From contig NZ_CP102577.1 in assembly GCF_042231735.1 (NCBI RefSeq), positions 2,975,281-3,039,280 on the forward strand: a DNA stretch of 64,000 nucleotides, written 5' to 3'. This document shows positions 1 through 9,855 of this stretch, one piece after another; the stretch's first letter is position 1, and the number at the start of each line of letters is the position of its first letter. Source of the stretch: Corallococcus exercitus (GTDB taxonomy: Bacteria; Myxococcota; Myxococcia; Myxococcales; Myxococcaceae). The notes below the pieces were generated by a model. It saw only the letters and a list, made by a program, of their open reading frames with translations, was not told the DNA's origin and searched no databases. Made by a program: the position numbers and the translations under genes.

Positions 1-705
1 ATGGTGACGTCGAAGAGGCCGTCGTGCGTCACCGCGTCGGGCGCGACGAACATGCCGCTGCCGAAGTAGCGCCCGTTGGCCACCGCCACCGCGGTGACGC
101 TCACCGTCTCCGGCGTGCCGCCATCCACCGTGAGGCGCACCTGGCGCTCCTGGTACTTCAGGAGGCCCTTCACGGTGCCCCACATGAAGCTCAGGTTTCC
201 GCCCAGCGCCTTGCTGCCCTGGTTCACCTCGCGGGCCACCACCGCGCTCACGCCGAACGAGGCGATGTTGGCGAAGAAGCGCGTGGCCGGGTTGCCGTCG
301 TTGTCGATGAACTCCAGCCGCCCCACGTCGAAGGGCTCCGTCTTCTCCGTGCGCAGCCGCTCCAGCGCGGACGTCAGCTCCAGGTCCCACCCGAAGGTGC
401 GGCGGAAGTCGCCGCCGGTGCCCCGGGGCAGCAGGGCCAGCGTGGCCTGGGGGTTGATGACCTGCCCGTCGCGGAAGAAGCCGTTGGTGACCTCGTTGAG
501 GGTGCCGTCGCCGCCCACCGCGACGATGCACTCATAGCCGTCGTCGATGGCCTGCCGCGCCAGACGCGCCGCATCCATGCCGCCGCTGGTGAAGCCGTGC
601 CCGAACTCACCGAGCACCTTGCCCACCTGCGCGGAGATCTCCACCCATCGCTTCCCCGTCTGCCCGTTGGCGCTGCGCGGGTTGACCACGAGGAACGTCT
701 TCATT
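1..705 (-). CDS. Diacylglycerol/lipid kinase catalytic-domain protein (YegS/BmrU-like), 5' part only; the 3' end runs off the window start
   Basis: The reverse complement of 641..705 reads MKTFLVVNPRSANGQTGKRWV, followed by GGDGTLNEV and LLPRGTGGDF, matching the DAGK_cat pattern. It is absent from the ORF track because its stop lies outside the window. Confidence 0.6.
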
Positions 706-774
706 CAGTGCCTTCTCCCTGCGAGAACGGCTTGTTTACGCAATTGTGCGCCCAGGCTCCACTCCGTGACCCAC

Positions 775-1536
775 ATGAGGGCCCCGGCGTCCGGGGTGTT
801 TGTCACCCGGACCGGTCCGTGCTGGGCTTCCCGCCCCCGTTTCCCCCCCGGACCCCGAGTGAAAGTCCACACTTCCACCGAGCAGCTCGCGCCCCACCGG
901 GAGGCCACGAGCGCCCTGGACTGGGCGCTGCCCTCGCTCCGGGCGGACCTGGCGGCGGCGGCGAGGCAGCCCTTCCGGGAGACGGGAGCCCAGGAGGACT
1001 TCCTCCTCCGCCATGACGCACCGGCCCATGAAACGCGGGGGACGGCGCGGACGGAGCGCTTCGAGCGGGCCCTGGCCCGGGTGCGGCGGCTCGCGGACGC
1101 GGGCGAGCCGCTGACCTTCCCCCGGATGGTGGAGGTCCAGTCGGAGCTGCTGGGCGGGCCCACGGGCTTCCGCACCGGGGACGCCTTCGCTTGGGGCGGC
1201 GCGCACCGGTACGCGCACGTGCCCGGCCTGGAGGCGGCCTTCCGCGAGAAGGTGGAGGCGGACGCGCGGGAGGACCGCCATCCGGTGGCGCATGCCACGC
1301 GGTTGTACCTGGACCTGTGTTTCTTCCACCCCTTCCCGGACGGCAACGCCCGCGCGGCGCGGCTGTGGCTGGAATACATGCTGCGCCGGGGCCGGCTGCC
1401 CACGCCGCCGCTGGCGCCCGTGGTGCTGTGGCCCAAGCGTCCGGGAGACGCGGTGAACTACACGCGGCTGGCAAGGCTGCTGGCCCGGAGCATCGCGGGG
1501 CCGGACGCCCCGTGCCCCAATGAGGTGTCTTCATGA
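775..1536 (+). CDS. Fic/DOC family protein
   Basis: Fic active-site motif FHPFPDGNARAARLW (HPFx[DE]GNxR) near the C-terminus. The ATG at 775 is the first one clear of the divergent lipid-kinase gene. The start is uncertain. Confidence 0.6.
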   Translation: MRAPASGVFVTRTGPCWASRPRFPPGPRVKVHTSTEQLAPHREATSALDWALPSLRADLAAAARQPFRETGAQEDFLLRHDAPAHETRGTARTERFERALARVRRLADAGEPLTFPRMVEVQSELLGGPTGFRTGDAFAWGGAHRYAHVPGLEAAFREKVEADAREDRHPVAHATRLYLDLCFFHPFPDGNARAARLWLEYMLRRGRLPTPPLAPVVLWPKRPGDAVNYTRLARLLARSIAGPDAPCPNEVSS

Positions 1537-2198
1537 ACGGTGACGCATCGGCTTTCACGTGGCGGCGCATCCGCGACAGCCTGGATGTCTATTCGCCAGA
1601 ACAACTGGCCTCCCGGCTGCGGGACGTCCTGGCCCCGTTGCGGTCCGGCGGGATCCATGTGGCCCGGCTCAAGCAGGCGCAGAACGCCGTCCAGGACCTG
1701 CTCAAGAGCGAGCTGGGGGCCTGGTACACCATGAGCGGCCTGCCCCTGGGCAACGAAGTGCTGGGGGGCTACTGCTGGTGCCACTCGTTCTTCCGCCAGA
1801 ACCCGCCGCATTACACGGCGGACGTGGATGAGAACATCCAGCTCATGTTGGCGTCGCTGGAGCGGATCCGGGCGTTTCTGTATGCGCTGGACGGCGTGTA
1901 TCAGACCGCGCGCCGTCAGCTTGAGGCAGCGGCCGACGACAAGGCCCTCCGGGCGAAGGCGCTCGCGGAAGGGCTGGTGCGGACCGTGGACCTGACGGCG
2001 GAGACGACGTCCTGCGAGGAGACCTGGTACTCGGTCGCGCAGGACGCCATGTCGTGGTGCATCGAGGCGATGGGGCTGCCCTTGTCGGACGCCACGGAGG
2101 AGCTGCTGGACGCCGCCTTCGTCTTCGAGTCCTGGGTGGCGCCTCCTCCGGAAGTCCTCCGGGCCGCGGCGGCGCGCGTGGCGGAGGCGGCCGTATGA
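1533..2198 (+). CDS. Hypothetical protein, paralog A of a tandem pair (GGYCWCH motif)
   Basis: Its ATG overlaps the Fic stop (ATGA). The 221-aa product shares WxRIRDSLDxYxPExL, GxWYTxxGLxLGNExxGGYCWCHxFFRQ, NIQLM and FESW blocks with the next ORF. Confidence 0.6.
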   Translation: MNGDASAFTWRRIRDSLDVYSPEQLASRLRDVLAPLRSGGIHVARLKQAQNAVQDLLKSELGAWYTMSGLPLGNEVLGGYCWCHSFFRQNPPHYTADVDENIQLMLASLERIRAFLYALDGVYQTARRQLEAAADDKALRAKALAEGLVRTVDLTAETTSCEETWYSVAQDAMSWCIEAMGLPLSDATEELLDAAFVFESWVAPPPEVLRAAAARVAEAAV

Positions 2199-2890
2199 CC
2201 CGGTCGGCCCTGGGCCACTGGCTGCGCATCCGCGACAGCCTGGATGGGTATGAGCCGGAGAAGCTTATCCGCCTGCTGCGCGAATACCTGGCACCGCGCG
2301 TGCCTCCGGGGACGCGCAAGCTCACGGACGAGCAGCACGACACGATGGCCAAGCACATCCAGCGGATGCTCAACCAGAACCTGGGGCCCTGGTACACGGA
2401 GACGGGCCTGTACCTGGGCAACGAGAGCTTCGGCGGCTACTGCTGGTGCCATCGCTTCTTCCGGCAGAAGCCCACGCCGAACATGAGCGTGGAATACAAC
2501 ATCCAGCTCATGATCGACGCGCTGGAGCGGTCACGCGAATGGCTGTTCAAGCTGGACGCCCACTTCCAGGCGCTGAAGCGCGACCTGCCCTCGGCCCCCG
2601 AGGACACCGACATCCGGATGCTCGCGCTGGCGGACGGCATCGTCACCACGATGAACCTCACCGTCGAGGCCACGGGCGGTGAGGAGGCCTGGTACACCTT
2701 CGCGGATGAAGCGCTGTCGTGGATGTTCGACGCCATCGGGCTGCGCCCGGGCTATCAGGCCGGCAAGCTGATGCGAAAGCTGTTCGCCTTCGAGTCCTGG
2801 CATACGCCGCTCGAGTGGGAGCTGCGCGACTCCGCGGAGAAGGTGGCGGCGGCCGTCGTGCAGGACGAGGGCCGCCGGCACACGCACTGA
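2196..2890 (+). CDS. Hypothetical protein, paralog B of a tandem pair (GGYCWCH motif)
   Basis: The internal ATG at 2196 overlaps the stop of paralog A (ATGA). MTRSALGHWLRIRDSLDGYEPEKL...GGYCWCHRFFRQ is colinear with paralog A. Confidence 0.6.
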
Positions 2891-2906
2891 AGCACGCGCC
2901 CGTCCC

Positions 2907-3572
2907 TCAGTGGATGGGCTTCCCGGGCTTCATCCGGGCCTGCTCACGCGCGCCCCCCTTCACCTCGATGCGCTTGCCCCGCGGCTCGGCCTGCGGAAGC
3001 TTCAGGGAGATTTCCAGCACGCCGTTCTCGAAGGTCGCCTGGACCGTCTCCGTGTCGATGCCTTCTGGCAGCGGGATGGCGCGGTGGAACGAACCGGTGC
3101 TGCGCTCCAGGCTCCAGACCCCTTCGACCTCCTCTTCCTCCTCCACCTCGAAGGTGCGCTCGCCTTCAATCACGAGCAGGTCCTTCAGCAGCTCGACGTG
3201 GATGTCCTCCTGCTTCATGCCCGGTAGGTCGGCCTTCACGATGAGGTTTCCGTTCCGCTCCAGCACGTCCACCTGCGGTGACCAGAGGCCCTCGTCCAGC
3301 ACGCCGCTCCTGGCGGCGAGGCCCCGGCCTCCGAAGCCGGTGAAGAGCTGATCCATGTCCTCCATCATCCGGCGCAGCAGCCCGAACGGGCTCATGGGCA
3401 TGGACTCCCGGCCGATGGCCGGTGCATAGGACTCGCGGCGGGTGATGCCGGCGCCCGTCCTGGGCTCCTGGCCCTGCGAGCCGCCGCCCGGCACGTCGGC
3501 CTGGGCGCTCTTCACGGCGGGCGAGGAAGTGGGCCCCCCCTGCGCCCCCGGGTTCTTGTTAGCGGTTGCCAT
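2907..3572 (-). CDS. Hsp20/alpha-crystallin family small heat-shock protein
   Basis: Alpha-crystallin domain pattern: WSPQVDVLERNGNLIVKADLPGMKQEDIHVEL...GVLEISLKLPQAE. Confidence 0.85.
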   Translation of the reverse strand: MATANKNPGAQGGPTSSPAVKSAQADVPGGGSQGQEPRTGAGITRRESYAPAIGRESMPMSPFGLLRRMMEDMDQLFTGFGGRGLAARSGVLDEGLWSPQVDVLERNGNLIVKADLPGMKQEDIHVELLKDLLVIEGERTFEVEEEEEVEGVWSLERSTGSFHRAIPLPEGIDTETVQATFENGVLEISLKLPQAEPRGKRIEVKGGAREQARMKPGKPIH

Positions 3573-3732
3573 GACATCCTCCCCCGGTGGAGTCCGGCTG
3601 GCGCCCGGCCGCCGGATGACACCGGTGACTCAAGCGGGGATGGAAGTATCCCAACTCCAAGTTAGCCGTGCGCGCGGGGCCATCAAGGGCAGGAGGCTCG
3701 TCCCCTGCTGTCTGTCATTGGCGGCAGCCTCG

Positions 3733-4620
3733 CTACGCGAGCAGCGTGGCGTCCATCACGGTGAGGGCCACCCCACCGACGCGGGCGCGCTCGACGTGGC
3801 CCGGCCGCCCGGTGACCTGGATGTCGATGCGGCCCGGCTTGCCGAGCGTGTCGCCCTGCTCGATGCGGCCGGCCACCGTGCCGCCGTGCTCGGGCAGCCG
3901 GAGGCTCCCGTGCTCGGCCAGGTAGGCCGCCAGTGGCCCCGCGGCGGAGCCCGTCACGGGGTCCTCCAGGATGCCGAACCCCGGGACGAAGTAGCGCGCC
4001 TGGGCCACGCTCCCCTCCTCCTTCGCTTCACGGGTGAAGAGGTAGACGCCCCGCACGCCGTGCGGCATCAGCAGCGCGTTCATCGCGGCGCCTCGCGGCA
4101 TCAGCGCCTCCAGGTCCGCGAGCCGACGGAGCGGCACCACCAGCCGGTGGCCCTGGCGGATCACCGGCAGCGTCGGGTCCACCTGCGCGGCCGTCCCGCC
4201 GAGCGTGGCCATCAGCGGCTCCAGCGCCACGGGGTTGGGCTGCGCGGGCGGCGGGGGCGTGGCGATCCACACGCGCGTCCCCTGCGCGCCCTGGGGCTCC
4301 AGCTCGATGCCGAACGTGCCACCGGGGCACTCCAGCGTGTACGTCCCCGGGCTCTTCAGCAGCCCCTTCTCCGCGAGCAGGTGGAAGGTGGCCACCGTGG
4401 CGTGGCCGCAGAAGGGAATCTCATCCACGGGCGTGAAGTAGCGCAGGCGGACCGTGGCGTCGCCGGGCCGGGACAGGAGGAAGGCGGTCTCCGACGCGCT
4501 GACGGCCGCGGCGGTCCGCTGCATCGTGGGGACATCCAGCGCCGCGGCGTCGAGCACCACGCCCGCGCGGTTTCCTGCACCGGCGGTGCGGGTGAAGGCA
4601 TCGATGATGTGGACCTGCAT
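3733..4620 (-). CDS. PhzF family phenazine-biosynthesis-like isomerase
   Basis: MQVHIIDAFT...GNRAGVVLD...FCGHATVA...PVTGSAAGPLAAYL are typical of the PhzF/YddE fold. Confidence 0.85.
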   Translation of the reverse strand: MQVHIIDAFTRTAGAGNRAGVVLDAAALDVPTMQRTAAAVSASETAFLLSRPGDATVRLRYFTPVDEIPFCGHATVATFHLLAEKGLLKSPGTYTLECPGGTFGIELEPQGAQGTRVWIATPPPPAQPNPVALEPLMATLGGTAAQVDPTLPVIRQGHRLVVPLRRLADLEALMPRGAAMNALLMPHGVRGVYLFTREAKEEGSVAQARYFVPGFGILEDPVTGSAAGPLAAYLAEHGSLRLPEHGGTVAGRIEQGDTLGKPGRIDIQVTGRPGHVERARVGGVALTVMDATLLA

Positions 4621-4764
4621 GGGCGGACTCCGGACGAAGGAAGGGCCTGGGGAACGGCGCAGGCATGCTCCGCTCTGGTGTTGCCGTCAAGCGCTGGACC
4701 GACGCAGGCGGGCGCCGCACAACGGGGTTGAACAGGAGCGCCCGAGCAGGCACAGCAGTGGCGC

Positions 4765-5541
4765 ATGGGTCTCCTGAAGCGAGGTGGGTGGGTGGTGCTG
4801 GTGGTGCTGCTCCACGCGAGCGGCGCGGCGGCACAGATCGTCAACGTGCAGGCGCTCTTCGACGAGAAGGCGGAGCTGGGGCCGGCCGCGGCCATCGAGC
4901 TGGGCGGCGACTGGCGCACGGGCAGCACGGAGCTGTTCTCGATTCGCGGCTCGCTGGTGGGCCAGCTGCGCTCCGAGCGCGACGTCTGGCTGGGCGTCAT
5001 CCGGGGCGAGTACTCGTTCGCGAGCGGTGAGCGCATCGTCAGCCAGGTGCTGGAGCACGTGCGCTACCGGCGCGTGCTCACCGAGCGCGTGTCGGGCGAG
5101 GTCTTCGCGCAGCACGAGTACAACGAGTTCCGCCGGCTCCAGCTCCGGGCCCTGCTGGGCGCGGGCCCCCGCTTCGTGCTGCTCAACGAGGACGCCACGG
5201 GGCTCACCTTCGGCGTGGCGCTGATGCTGGAGCACGAGCGGCTGCGCAAGGACGGCGAGCCGGACGCGGGAGACCGCTACACGGATCCGCGCGTGTCCAG
5301 CTATCTGCTGGGCCGGGTGAAGCTGATGGAGAACATCCACCTGGTGGAGACGGTCTACCTCCAGCCGCGCGTCACCCGCCCCTCCGACCTGCGCGTGCTC
5401 AACGAGACGCTGTTCGCGGTGACGCCCAACCCCCGGGTCACGGTGGGCATCGGCTTCAACCTCACCTACGACAGCGCGCCGCCCGCGACGGTGCCGGCGC
5501 TGGACACGCAGCTTCGGACCACCGTGGGCGTGAAGCTCTAG
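4765..5541 (+). CDS. DUF481-like outer-membrane protein
   Basis: N-terminal signal peptide (VVLVVLLHASGAAAQ) followed by beta-rich repeats and a C-terminal aromatic-rich barrel-like tail. Confidence 0.6.
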   Translation: MGLLKRGGWVVLVVLLHASGAAAQIVNVQALFDEKAELGPAAAIELGGDWRTGSTELFSIRGSLVGQLRSERDVWLGVIRGEYSFASGERIVSQVLEHVRYRRVLTERVSGEVFAQHEYNEFRRLQLRALLGAGPRFVLLNEDATGLTFGVALMLEHERLRKDGEPDAGDRYTDPRVSSYLLGRVKLMENIHLVETVYLQPRVTRPSDLRVLNETLFAVTPNPRVTVGIGFNLTYDSAPPATVPALDTQLRTTVGVKL

Positions 5542-5556
5542 GGGTAGACTCCGGCC

Positions 5557-6408
5557 ATGGCCTCCCATCCCGTTCCCACACCCGTCGCCCTCCTCGGAGG
5601 CGGCAAGCTCGCCGAAGCCATCATCCAGGGGCTGCTGCGCTCCGGCCACATGCGCCCGTCCGAACTCCGCGTCACCGTTCGCCGGTCCGAGCGCGCCGAG
5701 GAGCTGCGCTCCCGGTACGGCGTGCACGTCTTCACGGACAACGCGCAGGCGGTGCGCGGCGCGCCGGTGGTCCTGCTGGTGGTCCGGCAGGCGCAGATGC
5801 GCGAGCTGATGGCGCTCATCTCCCCGGCGCTGGAGCCGGGGCAGACCGTGGTGTCGCTGTCCGCGGACGTGCGGCTGGCGCAGCTGGAAGCGGCGCTGCC
5901 CTCCAGCATCTCCGTCCTTCGCGCCATGCCCCACACGCCCGTGCGCGTGGGCGCGGGAGTGACGCCCCTGACGCCCGGGACGCGGGTGACGGAGACCGCG
6001 CGGCGGGCCACGGAGTCCCTCTTCGCGGCGACAGGCCGGCCGCTGTGGGTGTCCGAGGAAGCGCTCACGGTGTGCACGGGCGTGTCCGGCACGGGCCCCG
6101 CGTATGTCTTCCGGTTCGTGGAGGCGCTGGCCCAGGCCGCGATGGCGCACGGGATGGACGCGGCGGAGGCGGCGGCGCTCGCGAGGGGAACGCTCATCGG
6201 CGCGGCGAAGCTGCTGGCCGAACCCGACGCCACCACGCCGCAGCTCATCGCGGAGGTGGCGACGCCTGGAGGCATCACCGAGGCGGGGCTGAAGACGCTG
6301 GAAGCCCAGGGCCTCTCCCGCGTCGTGGGTGAGGCGGTGTCCGTCGCCATCCAGCGCACGAGGGAGCGCGCGGACGCGTCCGCCGCGGCCTACGTCACGC
6401 CGAAGTGA
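5557..6408 (+). CDS. proC: Pyrroline-5-carboxylate reductase
   Basis: N-terminal Rossmann motif LLGGGKLAEAI plus the P5CR C-terminal dimerisation region (GPAYVFRFVEALAQA...TPGGITEAGL). Confidence 0.85.
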   Translation: MASHPVPTPVALLGGGKLAEAIIQGLLRSGHMRPSELRVTVRRSERAEELRSRYGVHVFTDNAQAVRGAPVVLLVVRQAQMRELMALISPALEPGQTVVSLSADVRLAQLEAALPSSISVLRAMPHTPVRVGAGVTPLTPGTRVTETARRATESLFAATGRPLWVSEEALTVCTGVSGTGPAYVFRFVEALAQAAMAHGMDAAEAAALARGTLIGAAKLLAEPDATTPQLIAEVATPGGITEAGLKTLEAQGLSRVVGEAVSVAIQRTRERADASAAAYVTPK

Positions 6409-7073
6409 CGCTTGAGTCCCCGCTGGCCTCCAGGCGTGACGATGAGGCCGCGGGAGTCGGGCTGACGCTCCACCCACCCCAGCGAGAACACCCGGGAGGC
6501 GAGCGCCGCGCCCAGCGCTCCCGCGAGATGGTCTCGCCGCTCGCTCCAGTCCAGGCAGCGGTGGGCGAAGTGGCGGCGCTGTTCGCGCACGGGCGCCAGG
6601 TCGATGCCGAAGTCCTGGAACCAGGCCTCGCCGCTCGGGGTGAGCATGAAGGCGCGCCGGCGGAGGGACAGGTGCCCGGCCCGAAGCAGCGCGTCGGTAA
6701 TGCCCATGCCCAACCGGCCCGCCAGGTGGTCGTAGCAGTAGCGCGCGGCCCGCAGGGGCTCCGGGGTCGCTGACGCGCGGGGTCCCCGGACCGCCACGGT
6801 CATCAACGCTTCCACCATCCGCGCCACGGTGGGCGTGGCCAGGCGGAACACCTTGTTGCGTCCCTGCTTCGTGGAGCGAATCAGCCGGGCCTGCTCCAGC
6901 CGATGGAGGTGCGCGGTCGCCGTCGCGGGGCTGACGCCCGTGCCGAACGCGAGCTCCTTGGCGACGAGTGCTCGCCCCTCCATGAGCAGCTCCAGCATCC
7001 GGATCCGCGTGGCGTCCCCCACGGCTCCGGCCAGCGTCGTGAGGTCCGGCCCTGCATTCATCGTTCGGTCCAT
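6390..7073 (-). CDS. ArsR/SmtB family transcriptional regulator
   Basis: Winged HTH (IRMLELLMEGRALVAKELAFGTGVSPATATAHLHRLEQARLI). It is divergent from the P450 gene and its 3' end overlaps proC by 19 nt. Confidence 0.8.
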   Translation of the reverse strand: MDRTMNAGPDLTTLAGAVGDATRIRMLELLMEGRALVAKELAFGTGVSPATATAHLHRLEQARLIRSTKQGRNKVFRLATPTVARMVEALMTVAVRGPRASATPEPLRAARYCYDHLAGRLGMGITDALLRAGHLSLRRRAFMLTPSGEAWFQDFGIDLAPVREQRRHFAHRCLDWSERRDHLAGALGAALASRVFSLGWVERQPDSRGLIVTPGGQRGLKRHFGVT

Positions 7074-7136
7074 GGCGAACCATTTCCTAGCACACGGTCA
7101 GGGCCGAGGGAGGAGAGTGCCTGGAAGCAAGGACCG

Positions 7137-8258
7137 ATGACACCGCCCACCGACCCGTATCAGGCCGTCACCCACCCCGACCCCTACCCGTACTACGCGG
7201 AGCTTCGCGCCCGAGGCGGACTGCACCGCATCCCCGGCTTCGTCCCATGGATCGCGGCGGACGCGGCCACCGTGCGAGCCGTGCTCACGAGCGAGCACTG
7301 CCGGGTCCGGCCGAAGGCGGAGCCGGTGCCTCCGCAGCTGGCGGGCACCGCCGCGGGAGCACTTTTCGGACGGCTGGTGCGCATGAACGACGGAGGCCCC
7401 TACCCGGCCGTGAAGCAGACCCTGTCGCGCGCGCTGCCGGAGGCGCAGCGCGAGGTGGAGGCAGAGAGCCACCGGTGGGCGGAGAAGTTGTTCGAGGCGC
7501 CGTCCCTGTCGCGGCTGCCGGACGCGGCCCTCCAGCTTCCCGTGTTCGTGCTGGGGTCGCTGCTGGGCTTCCCGGAGGACACACTGGAGGCGAGCGTGCG
7601 GGACGTGGAGGCCTATGTCCGCTCGGTCGCCGGCCCCACGGTGAACAGCGAGGGCGCGGCGAGGCTGAGCGAGCGCGTGGCGGCCTGTTTCCAGGCCATA
7701 CCTGGGACCGCGTTCACGGCCCGGCTCAGGTCAGGCCCTGGCGCGGAAGAACTGCGCGTTCCCAACGCCGTGGGCCTGCTCACCCAGGCGTATGAAGCGA
7801 CGGCCGGGCTCCTGGGAGCGACGCTGCGAGCCATCGCTCGCGAGCCGGCGCTGCGGGAACAGCTCTCCCGGGGCGAGTGCACGCTCGACGACGTGGTCCA
7901 GGAGGCGGCCCGCCACGAGTCGCCAGTCCAGAACACGCGGCGCTTCACCCATGCGACGGAGACCGTCGCGGGTCAGGAGCTGGAGGCCGGTGCGACCGTG
8001 GTCGTCGTGCTCGCCGCCGCGAATCGGGATCCGCTGGAGAACCCCCAGCCCGATGCCTTCCTGCCCCGGCGCGTGGGTCGTCAGACCTTCACCTTCGGCC
8101 TGGGCGCGCATGCCTGTCCGGGGCCGCTGCTGGCGACGGCGATGGCCACGGCGGCGGCGGAGCGCGTGCTCGCGACCGGCCTGGACCTGACGCCGCTGTC
8201 GGGCCCCGTCACCTGGCGTGCTTCCACCAACACCCGCGTCCTGGGAGGACTGCGATGA
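7137..8258 (+). CDS. Cytochrome P450
   Basis: Heme-binding loop FTFGLGAHACPG, plus the ExxR and AGxxT-like regions. Start placed at MTPPTDPYQ (ATG at 7137). Confidence 0.85.
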   Translation: MTPPTDPYQAVTHPDPYPYYAELRARGGLHRIPGFVPWIAADAATVRAVLTSEHCRVRPKAEPVPPQLAGTAAGALFGRLVRMNDGGPYPAVKQTLSRALPEAQREVEAESHRWAEKLFEAPSLSRLPDAALQLPVFVLGSLLGFPEDTLEASVRDVEAYVRSVAGPTVNSEGAARLSERVAACFQAIPGTAFTARLRSGPGAEELRVPNAVGLLTQAYEATAGLLGATLRAIAREPALREQLSRGECTLDDVVQEAARHESPVQNTRRFTHATETVAGQELEAGATVVVVLAAANRDPLENPQPDAFLPRRVGRQTFTFGLGAHACPGPLLATAMATAAAERVLATGLDLTPLSGPVTWRASTNTRVLGGLR

Positions 8259-8599
8259 TTGCCGTCATTTTCGAGGTCTGGGCACACGAGGATCATCGGC
8301 AGCGGTACCTGGACCTCGCCGCGGAGCTGCGGCCGCTGCTGGCCGGCATCGATGGCTTCATCTCCATCGAGCGGTTCCAGAGCCTGAGCGCGCCAGGAAA
8401 GCTGCTGTCGCTGTCGTACTGGCGCGACGAGGCGGCGGTAGCGGAATGGCGGCGCCTGGAGGCCCACCGTGAAGCCCAGCGCGAGGGCCGGGAGGGCGTG
8501 TTCAGCGACTACCGCCTGCGCGTGGCGCACGTCGTGAGGGATTACTGCCTGAAGGACCGGGCGGCCGTGCCCGCCGACAGTCGCACCGTGCACGGCTGA
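8255..8599 (+). CDS. Antibiotic-biosynthesis-monooxygenase (ABM) domain protein
   Basis: Its ATG overlaps the P450 stop (ATGA). MIAVIFEVWAHEDHRQRYLDLAAEL...ISIERFQS is an ABM/Dabb ferredoxin-like fold signature. Confidence 0.7.
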   Translation: MIAVIFEVWAHEDHRQRYLDLAAELRPLLAGIDGFISIERFQSLSAPGKLLSLSYWRDEAAVAEWRRLEAHREAQREGREGVFSDYRLRVAHVVRDYCLKDRAAVPADSRTVHG

Positions 8600-8682
8600 A
8601 GCGGCCGACGCACGGCGGCCGTCTTCCCGTCCGTCCCTCGCATGCGGGCCATGCCTCCCCCACCTTCTCCTGGGGGTGCACG

Positions 8683-9081
8683 ATGAAGCGAGGCCATTGG
8701 AGAGGAGCCTGGGGACTGGCCGCCACGCTGCTCGGGTTGCCGGTGCTGGGGCAGCTCGAGGAGCCACCCGAGGGCGCGCCGCAATACTCCTGCTTCGAAG
8801 CGGCGCGCGAGGCCGGCGTGTTGAGCGAGACCAACGCGGCCCAGCTCTGCCAGGGAGCCCGTTCGGACGCCCCGGCGAAGTGTTTCCAGCGGGTCCAGGA
8901 GGAAGGGTTCCTCTCGGATCCGCAAGCGCTCCAGCTCTGCCAGTACGCCCAGCCCTCGGATGATCCCGCGTCCTGCTTCCTCAAGGCGCGGAAGTCCTCG
9001 TTCCTGGACGAATCACAGCTCCTGCTGCTCTGCCGCCCGCTCATCGCGGATCAGCTGAACCTGTATCCCTACGGTCCTTGA
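8683..9081 (+). CDS. Secreted hypothetical protein with three Cys-containing repeats
   Basis: Signal peptide, then three repeats of the form ...(F/V)LSxxxAxQLCQxAxSDxPxxCF. Confidence 0.5.
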   Translation: MKRGHWRGAWGLAATLLGLPVLGQLEEPPEGAPQYSCFEAAREAGVLSETNAAQLCQGARSDAPAKCFQRVQEEGFLSDPQALQLCQYAQPSDDPASCFLKARKSSFLDESQLLLLCRPLIADQLNLYPYGP

Positions 9082-9139
9082 CTCAAGGGGCCGAGCGCCC
9101 GCCCATCGCAGGGAACCGCTCGTAGGCCCGTCGGAGGCA

Positions 9140-9661
9140 TCACTTCCGGTTCGCGCAGAAAGGGGCGTCGAAGGTTCCCGTCAAACCCGTCGTCGTTCCG
9201 TCGGATTTCTCCAGGACCTGGACATCGAAGCTTCCAACGAGCTGGTCCGTCGTAGCGGTCGTCAGGTGGATGCTCCCGCTGGTGGCCACCGCGAGTGTCT
9301 CCGTTCCCCCGTCCGTGAGACGCTGCTGGATCTGGACGAACCCGGGGCCGGTGGCGTTGCCGACCTCGAATGTCCCTGCCGCAGGGGGGCCGATGACCGA
9401 GACCGTCAAGAAGCGGGACGGCGGAAGGACATAGCCGGCGTCCGCGGGGGTCGTGCAGAGCCCGGAGAGGTCGCTGTCGGCCAGGATGGCAATCGAGAAA
9501 GAGGTCCCGCCGTCGGGGCTGCGCGGCAGGAGTTCGCCGGACCAGGTCACCGGGAAGGCCTTGTCGCCCTGCAAGGACCCCACGCCCTCCGTCTGTTCCG
9601 ACTTGGAGCCACAGGCAGGAAGGAAGAGCAATCCGATGACGGGAAGGAGGTTCAAGCGCAT
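9140..9661 (-). CDS. Hypothetical lipoprotein
   Basis: MRLNLLPVIGLLFLPACGS gives a signal peptide and lipobox. Gly/Thr-rich beta-type sequence. Confidence 0.55.
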   Translation of the reverse strand: MRLNLLPVIGLLFLPACGSKSEQTEGVGSLQGDKAFPVTWSGELLPRSPDGGTSFSIAILADSDLSGLCTTPADAGYVLPPSRFLTVSVIGPPAAGTFEVGNATGPGFVQIQQRLTDGGTETLAVATSGSIHLTTATTDQLVGSFDVQVLEKSDGTTTGLTGTFDAPFCANRK

Positions 9662-9855
9662 GGGTCGCCCTCGATGAGCGGGTCGGGTGTTCTGGGGATC
9701 CTATACGAGCAGCGGAATGCAGTCCGGCCAATGTGCCGAACGGACTCCACAATCGGGTGGCTCGCTCGACCAGAGTGCCAATGGCGGAACTCCCAATCCC
9801 AGGATGAGGTCCCCTTTCCAGTGCCCAGGGACTTCGCGGTCCGCGACACGGCCTG

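Noticed and set aside
24-1016. 330-aa plus-strand ORF at the window start
   Set aside because: The minus strand here encodes a clear DAGK-catalytic-domain protein (MKTFLVVNPRSANG...). The plus-strand ORF is its antisense artefact.
4687-7083. 798-aa minus-strand ORF spanning proC and the ArsR gene
   Set aside because: Arg/Gly/Ala/Pro-rich low-complexity translation typical of antisense or alternate-frame reading of high-GC coding DNA. It overlaps well-supported genes on both strands.
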